The position numbers were made by a program, and so were the translations under genes. Below the pieces are notes generated by a model that had not been told where the DNA came from, did no database searches, and saw only the letters and a program-made list of their open reading frames with translations. This document shows, in pieces, positions 9,942 to 20,123 of a stretch of 64,000 nucleotides of DNA (position 1 is its first letter; each line of letters opens with the position of its first letter). Origin of the DNA: Candidatus Bathyarchaeota archaeon (GTDB lineage: Archaea; Thermoproteota; Bathyarchaeia; Bathyarchaeales; Bathycorpusculaceae); assembly GCA_963733095.1 (NCBI GenBank), contig CAVTBV010000006.1:32001-96000 (forward strand), written 5' to 3'.

Positions 9942-10886
9942 GTGGGCGAATTAAAAATCAGGGGACTATACTTGGCTCAAAGAATCAAGGCCTTCATGGA
10001 TCTGCTGCGGCTACATTTTTTCTTTGTATGGCCTACTCTTTTCTGTGCTGGACTTTTTTTGGGCTTTGGTTTTTACAGTGGTTTTTCGTTAGCTTTGGTT
10101 TTGCAGGCAGTTTTTATCGGCCTTTTCGGGTTTGAAGCTGGACTTGTCCTTAACGATATCGTGGACGCTCGCATAGACAGGAAAGAATTGGGTTCGGAGA
10201 ACGCTTTAACTAAGTATTGGCGGCCCTTCGGCGAAAGACCAATACCAACCGCTTTGATTCCTCGTCGGCAAGCAACCGCTGTGTTTGCTGTGCTCGTTAC
10301 CGTAACTACATCTGTCATTCTTACGCTTCCATTTCCCCATTCTTTGTATGTTTTCTTTATCATGCTGAGTTGTTACGGCTTAGAGGTTTTCTATCAATTT
10401 AAAAAGCGAAACGAAAAAACTCCAGTTGCCCAAATAATCGGACGGATAGATTTCGCTTTGTTTTTGGTGGCGGGTTATCTTTGTGTGGGCAACCCCGATT
10501 TGAATGTGCTTTTGTTGTTCCTTTTCTTTTATCCTTTAGCCCTTGGGCATTTGGGTGTAAATGACCTTATAGATGTCGCTAACGACAAAGCGAAGGACAT
10601 GAACACAATTCCCACCCTCTACGGCATCAACGCCACTGTGTATTGGGTGTTGCTGTTTAGCCTGTGGCATGGTGGAATGGCAATTATCTTATTGGCCACT
10701 TTGGGCACGTTTTTGGCATTTGGCGGAATTATAGTAAGCTTGTTACTCTTGTCGGTCGGTAACATCAAGATTTTTCGGGAAAGAAACCCTCAATCCACCA
10801 TCAAAGCATTGCCGTTTTTCCATGTGGCCATGTTAATCTATGCCATAACAATAATTGCTAACTACTCCATCGGTGCTTTCCTTTAG
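9942..10886 (+). CDS. UbiA-family prenyltransferase
   Basis: LNDIVDARID, RPIP and NDLIDVANDK..MNTIP aspartate-rich motifs; multi-TM. Confidence 0.85.
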   Translation: MGELKIRGLYLAQRIKAFMDLLRLHFFFVWPTLFCAGLFLGFGFYSGFSLALVLQAVFIGLFGFEAGLVLNDIVDARIDRKELGSENALTKYWRPFGERPIPTALIPRRQATAVFAVLVTVTTSVILTLPFPHSLYVFFIMLSCYGLEVFYQFKKRNEKTPVAQIIGRIDFALFLVAGYLCVGNPDLNVLLLFLFFYPLALGHLGVNDLIDVANDKAKDMNTIPTLYGINATVYWVLLFSLWHGGMAIILLATLGTFLAFGGIIVSLLLLSVGNIKIFRERNPQSTIKALPFFHVAMLIYAITIIANYSIGAFL

Positions 10887-10898
10887 AATGGGAAATTT

Positions 10899-11468
10899 TT
10901 ACTTTACAATTTCCCTGATTATATCATTTGCCAGCATTATTTTTGCGTTGTAGGCATATTCTAAGTATTTGAGTCCCTGCTCTTGGTCTTCGGCCGTGAA
11001 TGCTTCTACCCCGTCTTTGGCGATCATGATTTGGTAGCCTCGGAAAAAAGCGTCGGCGGCAGTGTGACGTACGCACATATGGGTGTGTAAGCCGCCGAGG
11101 ACAACCGTTTTTACTCCTTCACCTTTATAGAGGCTCCGCAAAAGTGGATCTAAGCCTGTCTCGTAGAAACCACTGTACGTTCGCTTCTCAACAATGTAAT
11201 CCTTGCCTTCCTTTGGCTTAAGTTCAGGAATGACTTCTGCACCCGCCGTGCCTTTTATGGCGTGGTTGCCCCATTTCCGCGTCACCTCAACATCTTGAGG
11301 GTAATGGGCATCGTTGCTGTAGATGACTGGCACATTGTTTTTGCGTGCAGCAGCAACAAGTCGTTGCAGGGGCTCGATGACGGTTTTGGCACGTTTGACC
11401 TCTAAAGCTCCCGTAACAAAATCATTCAACATATCTACGAGAATAATAGCTGGATTATTAATCAACAA
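10899..11468 (-). CDS. isochorismatase/nicotinamidase-family cysteine hydrolase
   Basis: LVDMLNDF, EKRTYSGFYET and THMCVRHTAADA (Asp-Lys-Cys triad). Confidence 0.9.
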   Translation of the reverse strand: MLINNPAIILVDMLNDFVTGALEVKRAKTVIEPLQRLVAAARKNNVPVIYSNDAHYPQDVEVTRKWGNHAIKGTAGAEVIPELKPKEGKDYIVEKRTYSGFYETGLDPLLRSLYKGEGVKTVVLGGLHTHMCVRHTAADAFFRGYQIMIAKDGVEAFTAEDQEQGLKYLEYAYNAKIMLANDIIREIVK

Positions 11469-11514
11469 GTCATCTCACTATATAAAATGGCTCTGGGATT
11501 AATTTAGTTTTACT

Positions 11515-12567
11515 CTAAGGCATGCAAGGTCCAACGGTCAGTATCTCGGCGCCGTTTTTGGTGACAAGGACTGTATCTTCTATTCGGACCCCGCCAAAAC
11601 CCGGAACGTAAACTCCCGGCTCATCCGTCACCACATTGCCCGCTGCTAAGATGTCTTTGCTGTCAGGGCTCAAGGTCGGTGCTTCGTGGATTTCTAAGCC
11701 CACGCCATGCCCAAGGTTGTGGACAAAATACTCGCCGAAACCCGCATGCTCAATCACGTGCCTTGCTGTTGCGTCAACTTCGATTGCGGAGACTCTAGGT
11801 TTTATGGCTTCAAACGCTTTCTCGTGTGCCAATTTTACGGCGTCGTAGATTCTTGCCTGTTTCTGTGTAGCTTTGCTGGCAATGAATGTTCGGCTGATGT
11901 CTGAGCGGTAGAACTTGTAGGTTGCGCCCAAATCAACCACTACAAAATCGTTTTCTTCAATCCTTTTTTTTTCCATGGATGTGCCGTGAGGGTAGGCGCA
12001 GCTGTAGCCTGAAGCAACTATGGTGTCAAAGGCTGTTCCGTCTGAACCTGCTTTGCGCATGGCGTACTCGATTTCTGCGGCTGCGTCCTTCTCTTTTAAG
12101 CCCACACCGATGATTTCCTTGGCTGTCTGCATACCAATAGTTGCTAACCTGCAGGCTTCACGGATAAGTTTGATTTCTTCGGCGTCTTTGACGCTGCGAA
12201 GCTCCCGAATCAGATTGTTGATGAGCTCAAGTTTTTCTTCTCCGCCGACGGCTTTGGATAGGATGCGCCAACTTTCAATCGGCAAAGTGTCAACGCCGAG
12301 TTTTTTTGGGGTTTGCTTAGCTATTTTTTCCATCACACTCTCACCCCTCCTTATCTGCTCTACAGCTATCCCTTTGACTTCAGCTTTTGCTTGTTCAAAG
12401 TTGACGGTTGATACGTATAGGGTGGAGTCGCCGTCTTCGGGGATGTATAGTGCGGTTGCTGCTGGGAAACCTGCGAAGTAGATTAGGTTGGTTTGGTTAA
12501 AGATTGCGAAGTTGGTTGGTTTGCCCTGTTTGATTGCTGTTTGTTTTAGCGCGCTGATGTGCTTCAT
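11515..12567 (-). CDS. pepQ: Xaa-Pro aminopeptidase/prolidase (M24B)
   Basis: DLGA..YRSDISRT, HNLGHGVGLEIHEAP, EPGVY and GVRIED motifs. Confidence 0.9.
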   Translation of the reverse strand: MKHISALKQTAIKQGKPTNFAIFNQTNLIYFAGFPAATALYIPEDGDSTLYVSTVNFEQAKAEVKGIAVEQIRRGESVMEKIAKQTPKKLGVDTLPIESWRILSKAVGGEEKLELINNLIRELRSVKDAEEIKLIREACRLATIGMQTAKEIIGVGLKEKDAAAEIEYAMRKAGSDGTAFDTIVASGYSCAYPHGTSMEKKRIEENDFVVVDLGATYKFYRSDISRTFIASKATQKQARIYDAVKLAHEKAFEAIKPRVSAIEVDATARHVIEHAGFGEYFVHNLGHGVGLEIHEAPTLSPDSKDILAAGNVVTDEPGVYVPGFGGVRIEDTVLVTKNGAEILTVGPCMP

Positions 12568-12699
12568 GTTTCTGCCTGTATGAGGAAGGGGTCGGGTTGG
12601 TTTAAGTATTCGCTTCCACGTGTGTTTAGGAAAGGCTGTTTATTGCGTTGTGTTGAGAAAAACATGTCGAAAATGACCGTGATTTTTTAAACGAAACTG

Positions 12700-12715
12700 C
12701 CATTAACTTAATATA
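12700..12715 (+). promoter_or_regulatory. promoter (TATA-containing) element of AOR operon 1
   Basis: CCATTAACTTAATATA, identical to 15724-15739 and at a similar distance from the start codon. Confidence 0.6.
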
Positions 12716-12760
12716 GTTTTTAACAGCCTTCTATCGTACAAGACATGAGGGGAAAAAAGC

Positions 12761-14674
12761 ATGTTTGCTTATGCAGGAAAAATTTTACATATTAACCTCA
12801 CAACAGGGGAAATTAAAACTGAGCCCTTAAGTGAACAGATGGCTAAAGACTATATCGGTGGAATAGGCTTAGGCATCCGCCTATTGTTCGATAATTCAAA
12901 ACCCGGCACTGACGCTTATGACCCTGAAAACCCAATAATCTACTTGACCGGTCCACTCAGCGGTACCATGGGACCAACAGGTGGAAATAGCTACGCCGTC
13001 GTATCCAAATCCCCCGCCACTGGCGGTATCGGCAACGCTGAAGCTCACGGCTTTTTCGGTCCAGATTTGAAACGTGCAGGTTATGATGCTGTAATAATCA
13101 AAGGAAAAGCACCCAAACTATCTTACCTCTGGATTGACGATGACAAAGTAGAAATCCGAGACGCTGAATACCTTAAGAACAAAACTGTCAACGAAACCGA
13201 CCATATGATTCGAGATGAACTCGGTGACTTCTATATTCGTGTTTCAGCAATCGGTGAGGCAGGCGAAAAACTCTGCCGTTTCGCAGCCATAATAAATGAT
13301 GAGTTCCGCGCTATTGGCCGCAGCGGCATGGGCGGAGTAATGGGTAGCAAGAACCTCAAAGCCGTTGCCGTTCGAGGAACACACGACGTCAACGTTGCAA
13401 ACCTGCCTGGCTTTATGGAGTTTGTTAAGCTTATCCATGAACGCATGAAGGGTCCAGCAACCAAAAAATACAAGACTTTGGGTACACCCGAAAACGTTTT
13501 AGTTCTCAACTCCCTCTCAGCGTTGGCAACGAGGAACTGGACAAACGCAACTTTTGAAGGTGCAGACAAAGTTAGTGGCGAATACCTAAACGAACATTAC
13601 GTTAAGAAAGTTGTAGGTTGCGCTACCTGTGGTATGCGTTGTGACCACATCGCAGTGGTTCCCGAGGGACCCTACAAAGGCGCGACTTCACGACTTGAGT
13701 TCGAGTGCCTCTGGAGCATGGGGCCACTCTGCGGCATTGACCGCTTAGATGCAGTTATCGAAGCCATGCGTATCGTAAACGAGTATGGCATGGACGGCAT
13801 CTCAATCGGGGTTGTTGTCGCATTTGCCATGGACCTCTATGAGCACGGCATAATTACGAAGGAACAAACCGATGGAATAGACCTTAAATTCGGCAACGCA
13901 GAAGCATTAATCGCCATAATCCACAAAATCGGCAAACGTGAAGGCTGGCTTGGCAACATACTCGCAGAAGGAGTAGCTAAAGCATCGGAACTCATCGGTG
14001 GAGACGCATACAAGTACGCTTGCCACATCAAAGGCTTAGAACTTCCAGGATACGACCTGCGAACCCTAAAGACCGCAGCGTTAGGATTTTCCGTCTCATT
14101 CCGGGGTGCCTGCCACCTAAGAAACGGCGCTTACTCACCCGACGTTAAAGGGAAAGTTAACCGCTTCAAAATCGAGAAAGGCAGAGGAAAAATGATTACA
14201 GACGAGAGCCTTATGTACAACATCATCGACTCACTGATTGTCTGCAAGTTTAGCAGAGGCACATACTATGACGGCTGGAAAGACCTTACTAACTATTACA
14301 CCTTAGCCACTGGCATTCCAATTACTCCTGAAGAAATGATGGCTGACGGCGACCGCATCGAAAACCTCGCACGACTCTTCAACATCCGTGAAGGCAAAGG
14401 CACACGCAAATACGATGATGTCCCCTACAAGATAAAGAATTATCCAGTACCAGATGAGGGGCCAGCTAAAGGTGTCTGCGTCAACGATGAGGAAATGGCA
14501 GTCGGCTTAGACGACTATTACGCTTCACGCGGATGGACAGTTGATGGTATCCCAACGGTTGAACGTCTTAACTCGTTGGGATTAGGCGATTTAGCCTACA
14601 TTGCGGAAGACGCGATGAAAGCTGCTAAAGAAGCTAAGCCTCAAGCAACCGTAGCGACAGCAGGAGGAAACTAA
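12761..14674 (+). CDS. aor: tungsten-dependent aldehyde:ferredoxin oxidoreductase family protein 1
   Basis: KSPATG, GRSGMGGVMGSKNLKA, CATCGMRC, EFE, GMD, RGACH and DSLIVC motifs. Confidence 0.92.
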   Translation: MFAYAGKILHINLTTGEIKTEPLSEQMAKDYIGGIGLGIRLLFDNSKPGTDAYDPENPIIYLTGPLSGTMGPTGGNSYAVVSKSPATGGIGNAEAHGFFGPDLKRAGYDAVIIKGKAPKLSYLWIDDDKVEIRDAEYLKNKTVNETDHMIRDELGDFYIRVSAIGEAGEKLCRFAAIINDEFRAIGRSGMGGVMGSKNLKAVAVRGTHDVNVANLPGFMEFVKLIHERMKGPATKKYKTLGTPENVLVLNSLSALATRNWTNATFEGADKVSGEYLNEHYVKKVVGCATCGMRCDHIAVVPEGPYKGATSRLEFECLWSMGPLCGIDRLDAVIEAMRIVNEYGMDGISIGVVVAFAMDLYEHGIITKEQTDGIDLKFGNAEALIAIIHKIGKREGWLGNILAEGVAKASELIGGDAYKYACHIKGLELPGYDLRTLKTAALGFSVSFRGACHLRNGAYSPDVKGKVNRFKIEKGRGKMITDESLMYNIIDSLIVCKFSRGTYYDGWKDLTNYYTLATGIPITPEEMMADGDRIENLARLFNIREGKGTRKYDDVPYKIKNYPVPDEGPAKGVCVNDEEMAVGLDDYYASRGWTVDGIPTVERLNSLGLGDLAYIAEDAMKAAKEAKPQATVATAGGN

Positions 14675-14675
14675 G

Positions 14676-15185
14676 ATGGTGCGACCCCAAGACCGAAAAT
14701 TCGTAACTTCAGACCCTGACAAATGCATCGGCTGCTGTGTTTGCGAATACGCGTGTAGCATGATTAACGAAAAAACCTTCAACCCTACCAAATCCCGCAT
14801 ACGCGCCATGCGCCTTGGACCCTTAGTGAACCTTGCAGTAACCTGCAGACACTGTGAAGACCCCGCATGCGTTGCTGCTTGCCCAAGAGACGCTCTAAAA
14901 CAGGAACAAGACTCCGGCATAATTCGTGTAGACGAAAACGCCTGCAACGGCTGCGGCTGGTGCATTAGCGCCTGCCAATTCGGCGCCATTAACATGCACC
15001 CAGACAAACATGTGGTATTTACCTGCAATAGCTGCACTGACAACGATACCAAAGAACCCCAATGCGTCAAATGGTGCCCCGAAGAAGCCCTAACATACGT
15101 TACAGCAGAAACCTTGGCACAGAAATACCGTCAAAAAGCAGTCAAGAACCTCTTCCAAACAGCAGAAGAAAACAAAGCAAAATAA
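14676..15185 (+). CDS. 4Fe-4S dicluster ferredoxin subunit (DmsB/HydN-like)
   Basis: CIGCCVCEYAC, CRHCEDPACVAACP, CNGCGWCISAC and PQCVKWCP clusters. Confidence 0.92.
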   Translation: MVRPQDRKFVTSDPDKCIGCCVCEYACSMINEKTFNPTKSRIRAMRLGPLVNLAVTCRHCEDPACVAACPRDALKQEQDSGIIRVDENACNGCGWCISACQFGAINMHPDKHVVFTCNSCTDNDTKEPQCVKWCPEEALTYVTAETLAQKYRQKAVKNLFQTAEENKAK

Positions 15186-15267
15186 ACCCGATTAGCGCTT
15201 TTTTAGCGCTCCGTGTTTTTATTTATTTAAATGCATTTTGAGTTTGCTTTTTAGGTAAAATGTTGGT

Positions 15268-15555
15268 TTAGCCGCCTGTCATCAGCGACATTAAAATTAC
15301 GTTGTCGCCGTCTTTGAGCGGGGTGTTTACGCCTTGAATTTGATCCATCAAAACGCCATTAATCATTGCTACAAATGTCGCTTTCATCTCTTTCTTTGCT
15401 GGGTCGTAAACTTCGGCTATGAATTGTTTGCCGTAGACGGCGGCGATTTTGTCAAGCAATTTCGACAGTAGGGTGTCGTTTGGAAAGGTGAATTCGTCCT
15501 GGCTTTTGTTGGTGTAGGATTTTACCAGGCTGATGTAGTGAACTTTTATTTGCAT
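15268..15555 (-). CDS. MoaD/ThiS/SAMP ubiquitin-like sulfur carrier
   Basis: beta-grasp pattern, INGV...LKDGDNV, C-terminal GG; start trimmed to MQIKVHY. Confidence 0.88.
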   Translation of the reverse strand: MQIKVHYISLVKSYTNKSQDEFTFPNDTLLSKLLDKIAAVYGKQFIAEVYDPAKKEMKATFVAMINGVLMDQIQGVNTPLKDGDNVILMSLMTGG

Positions 15556-15723
15556 TTCTTTTACCTTCTGCTCTATGTAATTGATTCTTGTTGGGTTCTG
15601 ATATTTCTTTTCTTTGCTTGCGGGTATTTTATCGTGAAAACTCTGCAGTCGTAGCGTTGTGTTCATTTGTTCATGACGCAAAGCGGAACGCTACACTACG
15701 CCATGAATTTTCCAACAAAGAAC

Positions 15724-15739
15724 CCATTAACTTAATATA
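15724..15739 (+). promoter_or_regulatory. promoter element of AOR operon 2
   Basis: exact 16-bp copy of 12700-12715. Confidence 0.6.
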
Positions 15740-15785
15740 TTGTTCAACAGCACTAAATACTTTAAAAATCTTGGAGGAACAAGGT

Positions 15786-17642
15786 TTGCTAGGTTACGCA
15801 GGAACAATCTTATACATTGATTTAATTACAGGCAAGACCCGAACCGAAAAGTTAGACGACGAAACCGCCAAAAAATACATCGGCGGAATAGGTCTTGGCA
15901 TGAAACTCTATCTATCCAACTCAAAAGCAGGTATAAACCCGCTTAGCGCAGAAAACCCGCTTGTACTTGCACTCGGACCGGTTTCAGGAACCATGTTTCC
16001 GACAGGAGGAAACGGTCACGCATTCATATCCAAATCACCAGAAACAAACGCTGTTGGAGAAGCAGTAAGCCACGGCACCTTCGGCGCAGAACTAAAAAGA
16101 GCAGGATACGACGCCATAGTTTTAACTGGCAAAGCAGAAAAGCCAGTTTACCTCTGGATTGACGATGAATCAGTCCAACTTCTTGACGCAACCCAAATCT
16201 GGGGCAAATCTCCTGGCGAAACCGAAGATGCCATCAAAAACGAAGTCGGCGACTACTATGTTCGCGTAGCCTCGATTGGATTAGCGGGAGAAAAGCTCTC
16301 TAAAATTGCAAACATTATAAACGAGAAAACCCGTGCCGCAGGAAGAACAGGCCTTGGCGCAGTTATGGGAGGCAAAAACCTCAAAGCAATAGCTGTCAGG
16401 GGAACCCACGACATAGTCGTTGCGAAACCTGACGAATTCATTGAAATGGTAAAAGAATTCCATGAGCGCATGAAAGGTCCAGCAGCACAGAAATACCGCA
16501 CGCTGGGAACATCAGAAAACATCATGGTTCAGAACTCATTATCCTGCATGCCAACCCGCAACTTCAACAACGCTCATTTTGAAAACGCAGAAAAAGTCAG
16601 CGCAGAAAACCTCAACCTGCACTACATCACAAAAATCATCGCGTGTAACTCATGTGCAATGCGATGTGAACATGAAGCAGTCATTCGCGAAGGACCATAT
16701 AAGGGCACGATGGCACGGATGGAATACGACAACATCTGGGCGTTAGGACCAAACTGCGGTGTAGACAAACTGGACGCCATAATAAAAGCTGCAGAACTCT
16801 GCAACTACTACGGCATAGACGCAACGAGCGCAGGTGTAACCGTTAGCTTCGTGATGGATTGTCATGAGAAAGGCATCCTAACACACGAAGACCTTGGCGG
16901 ATTAGATGCTCACTTCGGAAGCCCAGAGGCGCTGGTACAACTTATTGAAAAAATCGGCACACGCGAAGGAATCGGCGATATACTCGCAGACGGTGTGAAG
17001 GCAGCTGCAGAAAAAATTGGCAAAGGCTCCATTCAGCTGGCTCAACAGATTAAAGGTTTAGAAGTCACAGGGTACGACCTACGATGCCTGAAAACTGCCG
17101 CGTTAGCCTCTGCAGTTTCGTTCCGCGGAGCAGACCAAAACAGAAGCGGCGCCTACACCATCGATTTGAAAGGTAAAGTTGACCGATTAAAAGCTGAAAA
17201 AGGACGAGGAAAACTCGTTAAAGAAGCAGAGAACATCTATGCAATAATCGACTCACTTATAATCTGCAAGAATGCCAAAGGCACCCTCTACAAGGAACTC
17301 AATGACATGGCAAAACTCTACAGCTTAGTTACTGGCATTGGCATGACTCCTGAAGAGCTTGACACTGCAGGGGAAAGGATAAACACCCTCGCCAAGCTCA
17401 TCAACGTTAGAGAAGGCTTAAGCCGCAAAGACGACAATCTGCCTTGGAAAGTTATGAACCTGCCAATCCCGGATGAAGGACCGGCAAAAGGCGCAATTGT
17501 AACCCAAGACGAACTTGACATGCTCCTCGACGATTACTACCAAGCTCGCGGCTGGAACGTCGAAGGCATCCCTACAAAAGCTAAGCTCCAAGAATTAGGC
17601 TTGCAAGATTACCTAAGTATAATTGAAGGAAAAGAGGCATAA
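15786..17642 (+). CDS. aldehyde:ferredoxin oxidoreductase family protein 2 with altered active-site motifs
   Basis: colinear paralog of 12761-14674; TTG start after GGAGG; CNSCAMRC kept, EYD and RGADQN replace EFE and RGACH. Confidence 0.88.
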   Translation: MLGYAGTILYIDLITGKTRTEKLDDETAKKYIGGIGLGMKLYLSNSKAGINPLSAENPLVLALGPVSGTMFPTGGNGHAFISKSPETNAVGEAVSHGTFGAELKRAGYDAIVLTGKAEKPVYLWIDDESVQLLDATQIWGKSPGETEDAIKNEVGDYYVRVASIGLAGEKLSKIANIINEKTRAAGRTGLGAVMGGKNLKAIAVRGTHDIVVAKPDEFIEMVKEFHERMKGPAAQKYRTLGTSENIMVQNSLSCMPTRNFNNAHFENAEKVSAENLNLHYITKIIACNSCAMRCEHEAVIREGPYKGTMARMEYDNIWALGPNCGVDKLDAIIKAAELCNYYGIDATSAGVTVSFVMDCHEKGILTHEDLGGLDAHFGSPEALVQLIEKIGTREGIGDILADGVKAAAEKIGKGSIQLAQQIKGLEVTGYDLRCLKTAALASAVSFRGADQNRSGAYTIDLKGKVDRLKAEKGRGKLVKEAENIYAIIDSLIICKNAKGTLYKELNDMAKLYSLVTGIGMTPEELDTAGERINTLAKLINVREGLSRKDDNLPWKVMNLPIPDEGPAKGAIVTQDELDMLLDDYYQARGWNVEGIPTKAKLQELGLQDYLSIIEGKEA

Positions 17643-17646
17643 AGAA

Positions 17647-18141
17647 ATGGTAAAGATGCATGAGAGAAAATTTGTTTCCACTGACCCAGAGAAATGTGTC
17701 GGCTGCCAAATATGCGAGTATGCTTGCTCATTCACCAAGGAAAAAGTTTTCAACCCGCTTAAATCACGTATACGTGTGGTTAGGGTTAACCAGTTAGCTA
17801 ATATGGCTGTTACCTGTAGACTCTGCGAAGAACCAGCCTGTGTAGCTGCTTGTCCAAGAGATGCTCTCACGCAGTCAAAAGAAACAGGCAACATTGTACT
17901 GGATAAGGACAAATGTAACGGCTGCGGCTGGTGCATCGAAGCATGCGACTACGGCGCCATAATGTTGCACCCCGAAACTAAAGTCGTCTACGTTTGCGAC
18001 ATGTGCAAAGACAAGTCTGAAGGACCTCAATGCGTCAAATGGTGCCCCGAAGAAGCCATAACAGTCGTAACAAGCGACGTGCTGGCACAGAAAGCAAGAA
18101 TCGGTGCAATTAAAAAACTCTTCCAAGAAAAAGAAGAGTAA
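17647..18141 (+). CDS. 4Fe-4S dicluster ferredoxin subunit, paralog 2
   Basis: same Cys pattern as 14676-15185. Confidence 0.92.
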   Translation: MVKMHERKFVSTDPEKCVGCQICEYACSFTKEKVFNPLKSRIRVVRVNQLANMAVTCRLCEEPACVAACPRDALTQSKETGNIVLDKDKCNGCGWCIEACDYGAIMLHPETKVVYVCDMCKDKSEGPQCVKWCPEEAITVVTSDVLAQKARIGAIKKLFQEKEE

Positions 18142-18465
18142 ACGAGCATTTCTTTGCTCATCTCCTAATTTTAAAGTCAAAATTTTACCCAAATCGTCCT
18201 ATTACACTCCACCTGGATGCTCTTCCATGCAATGTGCCTCATAATCCTCTCTGGCATCTTGCTCTTGATTGTCCACTTTGCATTTGTACTTGCCTTTGAA
18301 GTCATTTCGGACTCAGGAACAGTGGATTCTTTATTCTCTAAGACTTCACCTCCATTGGCACTGGTTAAAAATCCATGTTTCCTATTCAATGGACGGTCCT
18401 TAACCTATGTGACTTTACCAAACCAACAATTACAAAAGCTTCTAAAATTTATTGAAGCGAAAAGT

Positions 18466-18801
18466 TTAGATTCGCAAGTTAAACTGTATTGAGTTTAGTT
18501 CTTTGATGGTGCTTTGAAGGTTTTTGTTTATGTCGCCAACGTAGACGGTTCGGTTCTGTATTCCCTTTTGTACTGCTCCAGCCACCAAAAAACCTGCACC
18601 TATGATTTCGCCAACCGGTGAAGGGTCAGGAAACATGATGCATGCCATGCCGATTTTTATAAGGTTGGATTTGTTGCCTTCGCGCCAGAGTTTCTTTGTT
18701 TTTGCGGTTTCTTTCGCGCTAGTCTTTAGTGCTCGGTGAACCTCTGTATAGGTTTCGATTAGCTCATGCACTGCCTGCGTTGTTTGTCTGGCTCTTTCCA
18801 A
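18466..18801 (-). CDS. hypothetical protein with a central hydrophobic segment
   Basis: 111-aa ORF containing FPDPSPVGEIIGAGFLVAG. Confidence 0.55.
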   Translation of the reverse strand: MERARQTTQAVHELIETYTEVHRALKTSAKETAKTKKLWREGNKSNLIKIGMACIMFPDPSPVGEIIGAGFLVAGAVQKGIQNRTVYVGDINKNLQSTIKELNSIQFNLRI

Positions 18802-19038
18802 CTTACTTCACAACTCTATAGTGATTCGGTCAAAGAAAAACTTTAGAATCAAATAGAGGCTCGCTTAGTCAGCATTTCTAAATGATATCTGTGGATGTTT
18901 ATGTTAAGCCTGTAAATTTTAGGTGCCATTACACTCGCAATTATATATTGGCGTGCCTAAAAGTGATAATGGTTTTTGCTCGGTGGGGAAAATATTTATA
19001 AATTTTCACTTTTATCTTGGTTGCCAAAGTGATTTTGA

Positions 19039-19207
19039 ATGAACAACCAAAGCGGAAAAAATTAGAATCCTATCATTGTGCGGCGTTTTGGCACCCGTAA
19101 TCTATGCTGTTGCTTCGGTTGTCGGCAACATTTTGGGCCCCTCTTACTCGCAGGTTGGAAAAACCGTAACCGAACTCATCCAGCGTGGCGCACTAAACCG
19201 CTTCTAA
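19039..19207 (+). pseudogene. DUF998-like membrane protein remnant
   Basis: after a frameshift reads LCGVLAPVIYAVASVVGNILGPSYSQVGKTVTELIQRGA, then stops. Confidence 0.5.
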
Positions 19208-19291
19208 ACAGAAAACAAGTTAATTCAAGTGGGTCCATTCTGTAAAACCTATTAATAACAACTTCCAACAACGTTTGCAGGTGCCTAAGGT

Positions 19292-20123
19292 TTGCTTGAC
19301 CAACTGCTCACCACGATAATCCTTGGTTTGATTCAGGGCTTCGAAGAGTGGTTGCCCATCTCAAGCACGGCGCATCTGAGGATCACGGAGCATTTTTTGG
19401 GTTTTCAGGCAACCTCTCTCTTCAATGTGTTTTTGCGCATCGGCACCCTGGGCGTTGTGGGTTTTATTTTAGGCATGACATCAAAATTATACTCACTGCC
19501 TTGGTGCATAAGGATTTTCACTCGAAATATGGCAGATTTATTCCCCTGATCATCGTTGCAACAATCCCCACTGGAATAATTGGGCTGCTCTACAACAAAT
19601 TCATAGCCGACACTTACCAAACCATGCCTAATAATCGGCATAACCTTTCTCTTTGGCGCCGCCCTACTGTTTTCCTCCAAATTCGGCAAAGAAAACCGAA
19701 CCCAAATATCCTATCGCCAAGCACTTATCATGGGTGCAGCGCAAGGAGCGGCCAATTTTCCCGGACTTTCCCGAAGCGGCTCAACCATTTCCACTCGGCT
19801 TTTGCAAGGCGTTAAGCGGGAGATGGTTTTCAAATTCTCTTTTTCTGCTTTCTATCCCGGCTATATTAGGTGACTTAGGCGTTGAGGCATATCTACAGCT
19901 GGGAAGCTTTTCTGAAGGTGTTGGAATCAGCCCTCTTAATTTGGAGATTGGTTTAGTGTTTATGGTTGTTGCAGGTTACTTGGCTATTGTGTGGGTGAAG
20001 AAGCTGGTTTTAAGTAAACGTTTCCTTTACTTTGCAGCCTACGCCTTTGTCCTCGGCGAAATCTTGATTACTTTGGCTCTCTCAGGCTTACAAGGAAGAG
20101 ATGACTATGTCAGGCGAATTTGA
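19292..20123 (+). pseudogene. uppP: undecaprenyl-diphosphate phosphatase (BacA/UppP), frameshifted
   Basis: LGLIQGFEEWLPISSTAHL, ATIPTGIIG, GAAQG..FPGLSRSGSTI and LLSIPAILG motifs lie in different frames. Confidence 0.85.

Noticed and set aside
18177-18492. Overlapping ORFs 18217-18492 (+) and 18177-18389 (-)
   Set aside because: No motifs or RBS and they are mutually overlapping; cannot choose either as real
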